DNA of 63,866 nt, counting the filler, from Reclinomonas americana ATCC 50394 (Eukaryota), in assembly GCA_048213135.1 (NCBI GenBank). It is 10 parts of 10 records of this genome, joined end to end, with 100 filler letters (N's around TTAATTAATTAA, not from the genome) between each part and the next. Parts side by side here need not be neighbours in the genome. Positions count along the whole stretch, not along the records: positions 62,866 to 63,866 come from AFZH01022060.1; 9 more parts are not named here. One strand, written 5' to 3'. Below are positions 63,758 to 63,866 of the stretch, in pieces. Within the stretch, counting starts at the first letter, position 1, and each line of letters begins with the position of its first letter. The notes under the pieces were generated by a model. It did no database searches. It was not told the DNA's origin and was given only the letters and a program-made list of their open reading frames with translations. Made by a program: the position numbers and the translations under genes.

Positions 63758-63866
63758 CTGCTTGTGTGTACGCGCAGGCTTTCACTGTGACACTCTCGTT
63801 CTGTCTCGCGCGCCCAACCTCGTCTTCGCTGTCTTCTTCCCGCGTGACTCAGTCTCTCTCTCTCTC

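Overview
This window is eukaryotic, from a gene-dense, intron-rich, probably flagellated protist (inferred from ERICH3-N and SHIPPO-repeat genes). It is about 10 contigs joined by artificial 100-nt N/TTAATTAATTAA/N spacers. The ORF track is largely misleading because genes are split by many introns of roughly 55-85 nt, so I spliced the models by eye. Positions 1-42.6 kb form a very compact block: F-box/LRR-like, pseudo-GTPase, macrodomain, Josephin-like peptidase, DIS3L, ERCC8/CSA, ERICH3-N, GFA-PYROXD2 fusion, CCR4/PDE12-like, START, sirtuin, PRKRIP1, GT61, DDT/WHIM, SHIPPO and PB1-UBA. Positions 42.7-61.5 kb form a gene-sparse, repeat-rich block with a secreted surface protein and two paralogous NLR-like genes. 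Two candidates stand out. (1) The two NLR-like genes have the spliced architecture ubiquitin-like - HEPN (RxxxxH) - NACHT - pentapeptide - hypervariable WD40, a putative eukaryotic sensor-coupled RNase immune system. (2) About 20 introns use a second class of 5' splice site, GTTGCG/GTTGAG (canonical GTGCG/GTGAG with an extra T), including one inside the invariant RNB motif of DIS3L. All family calls come from motif recognition only; no searches were run.
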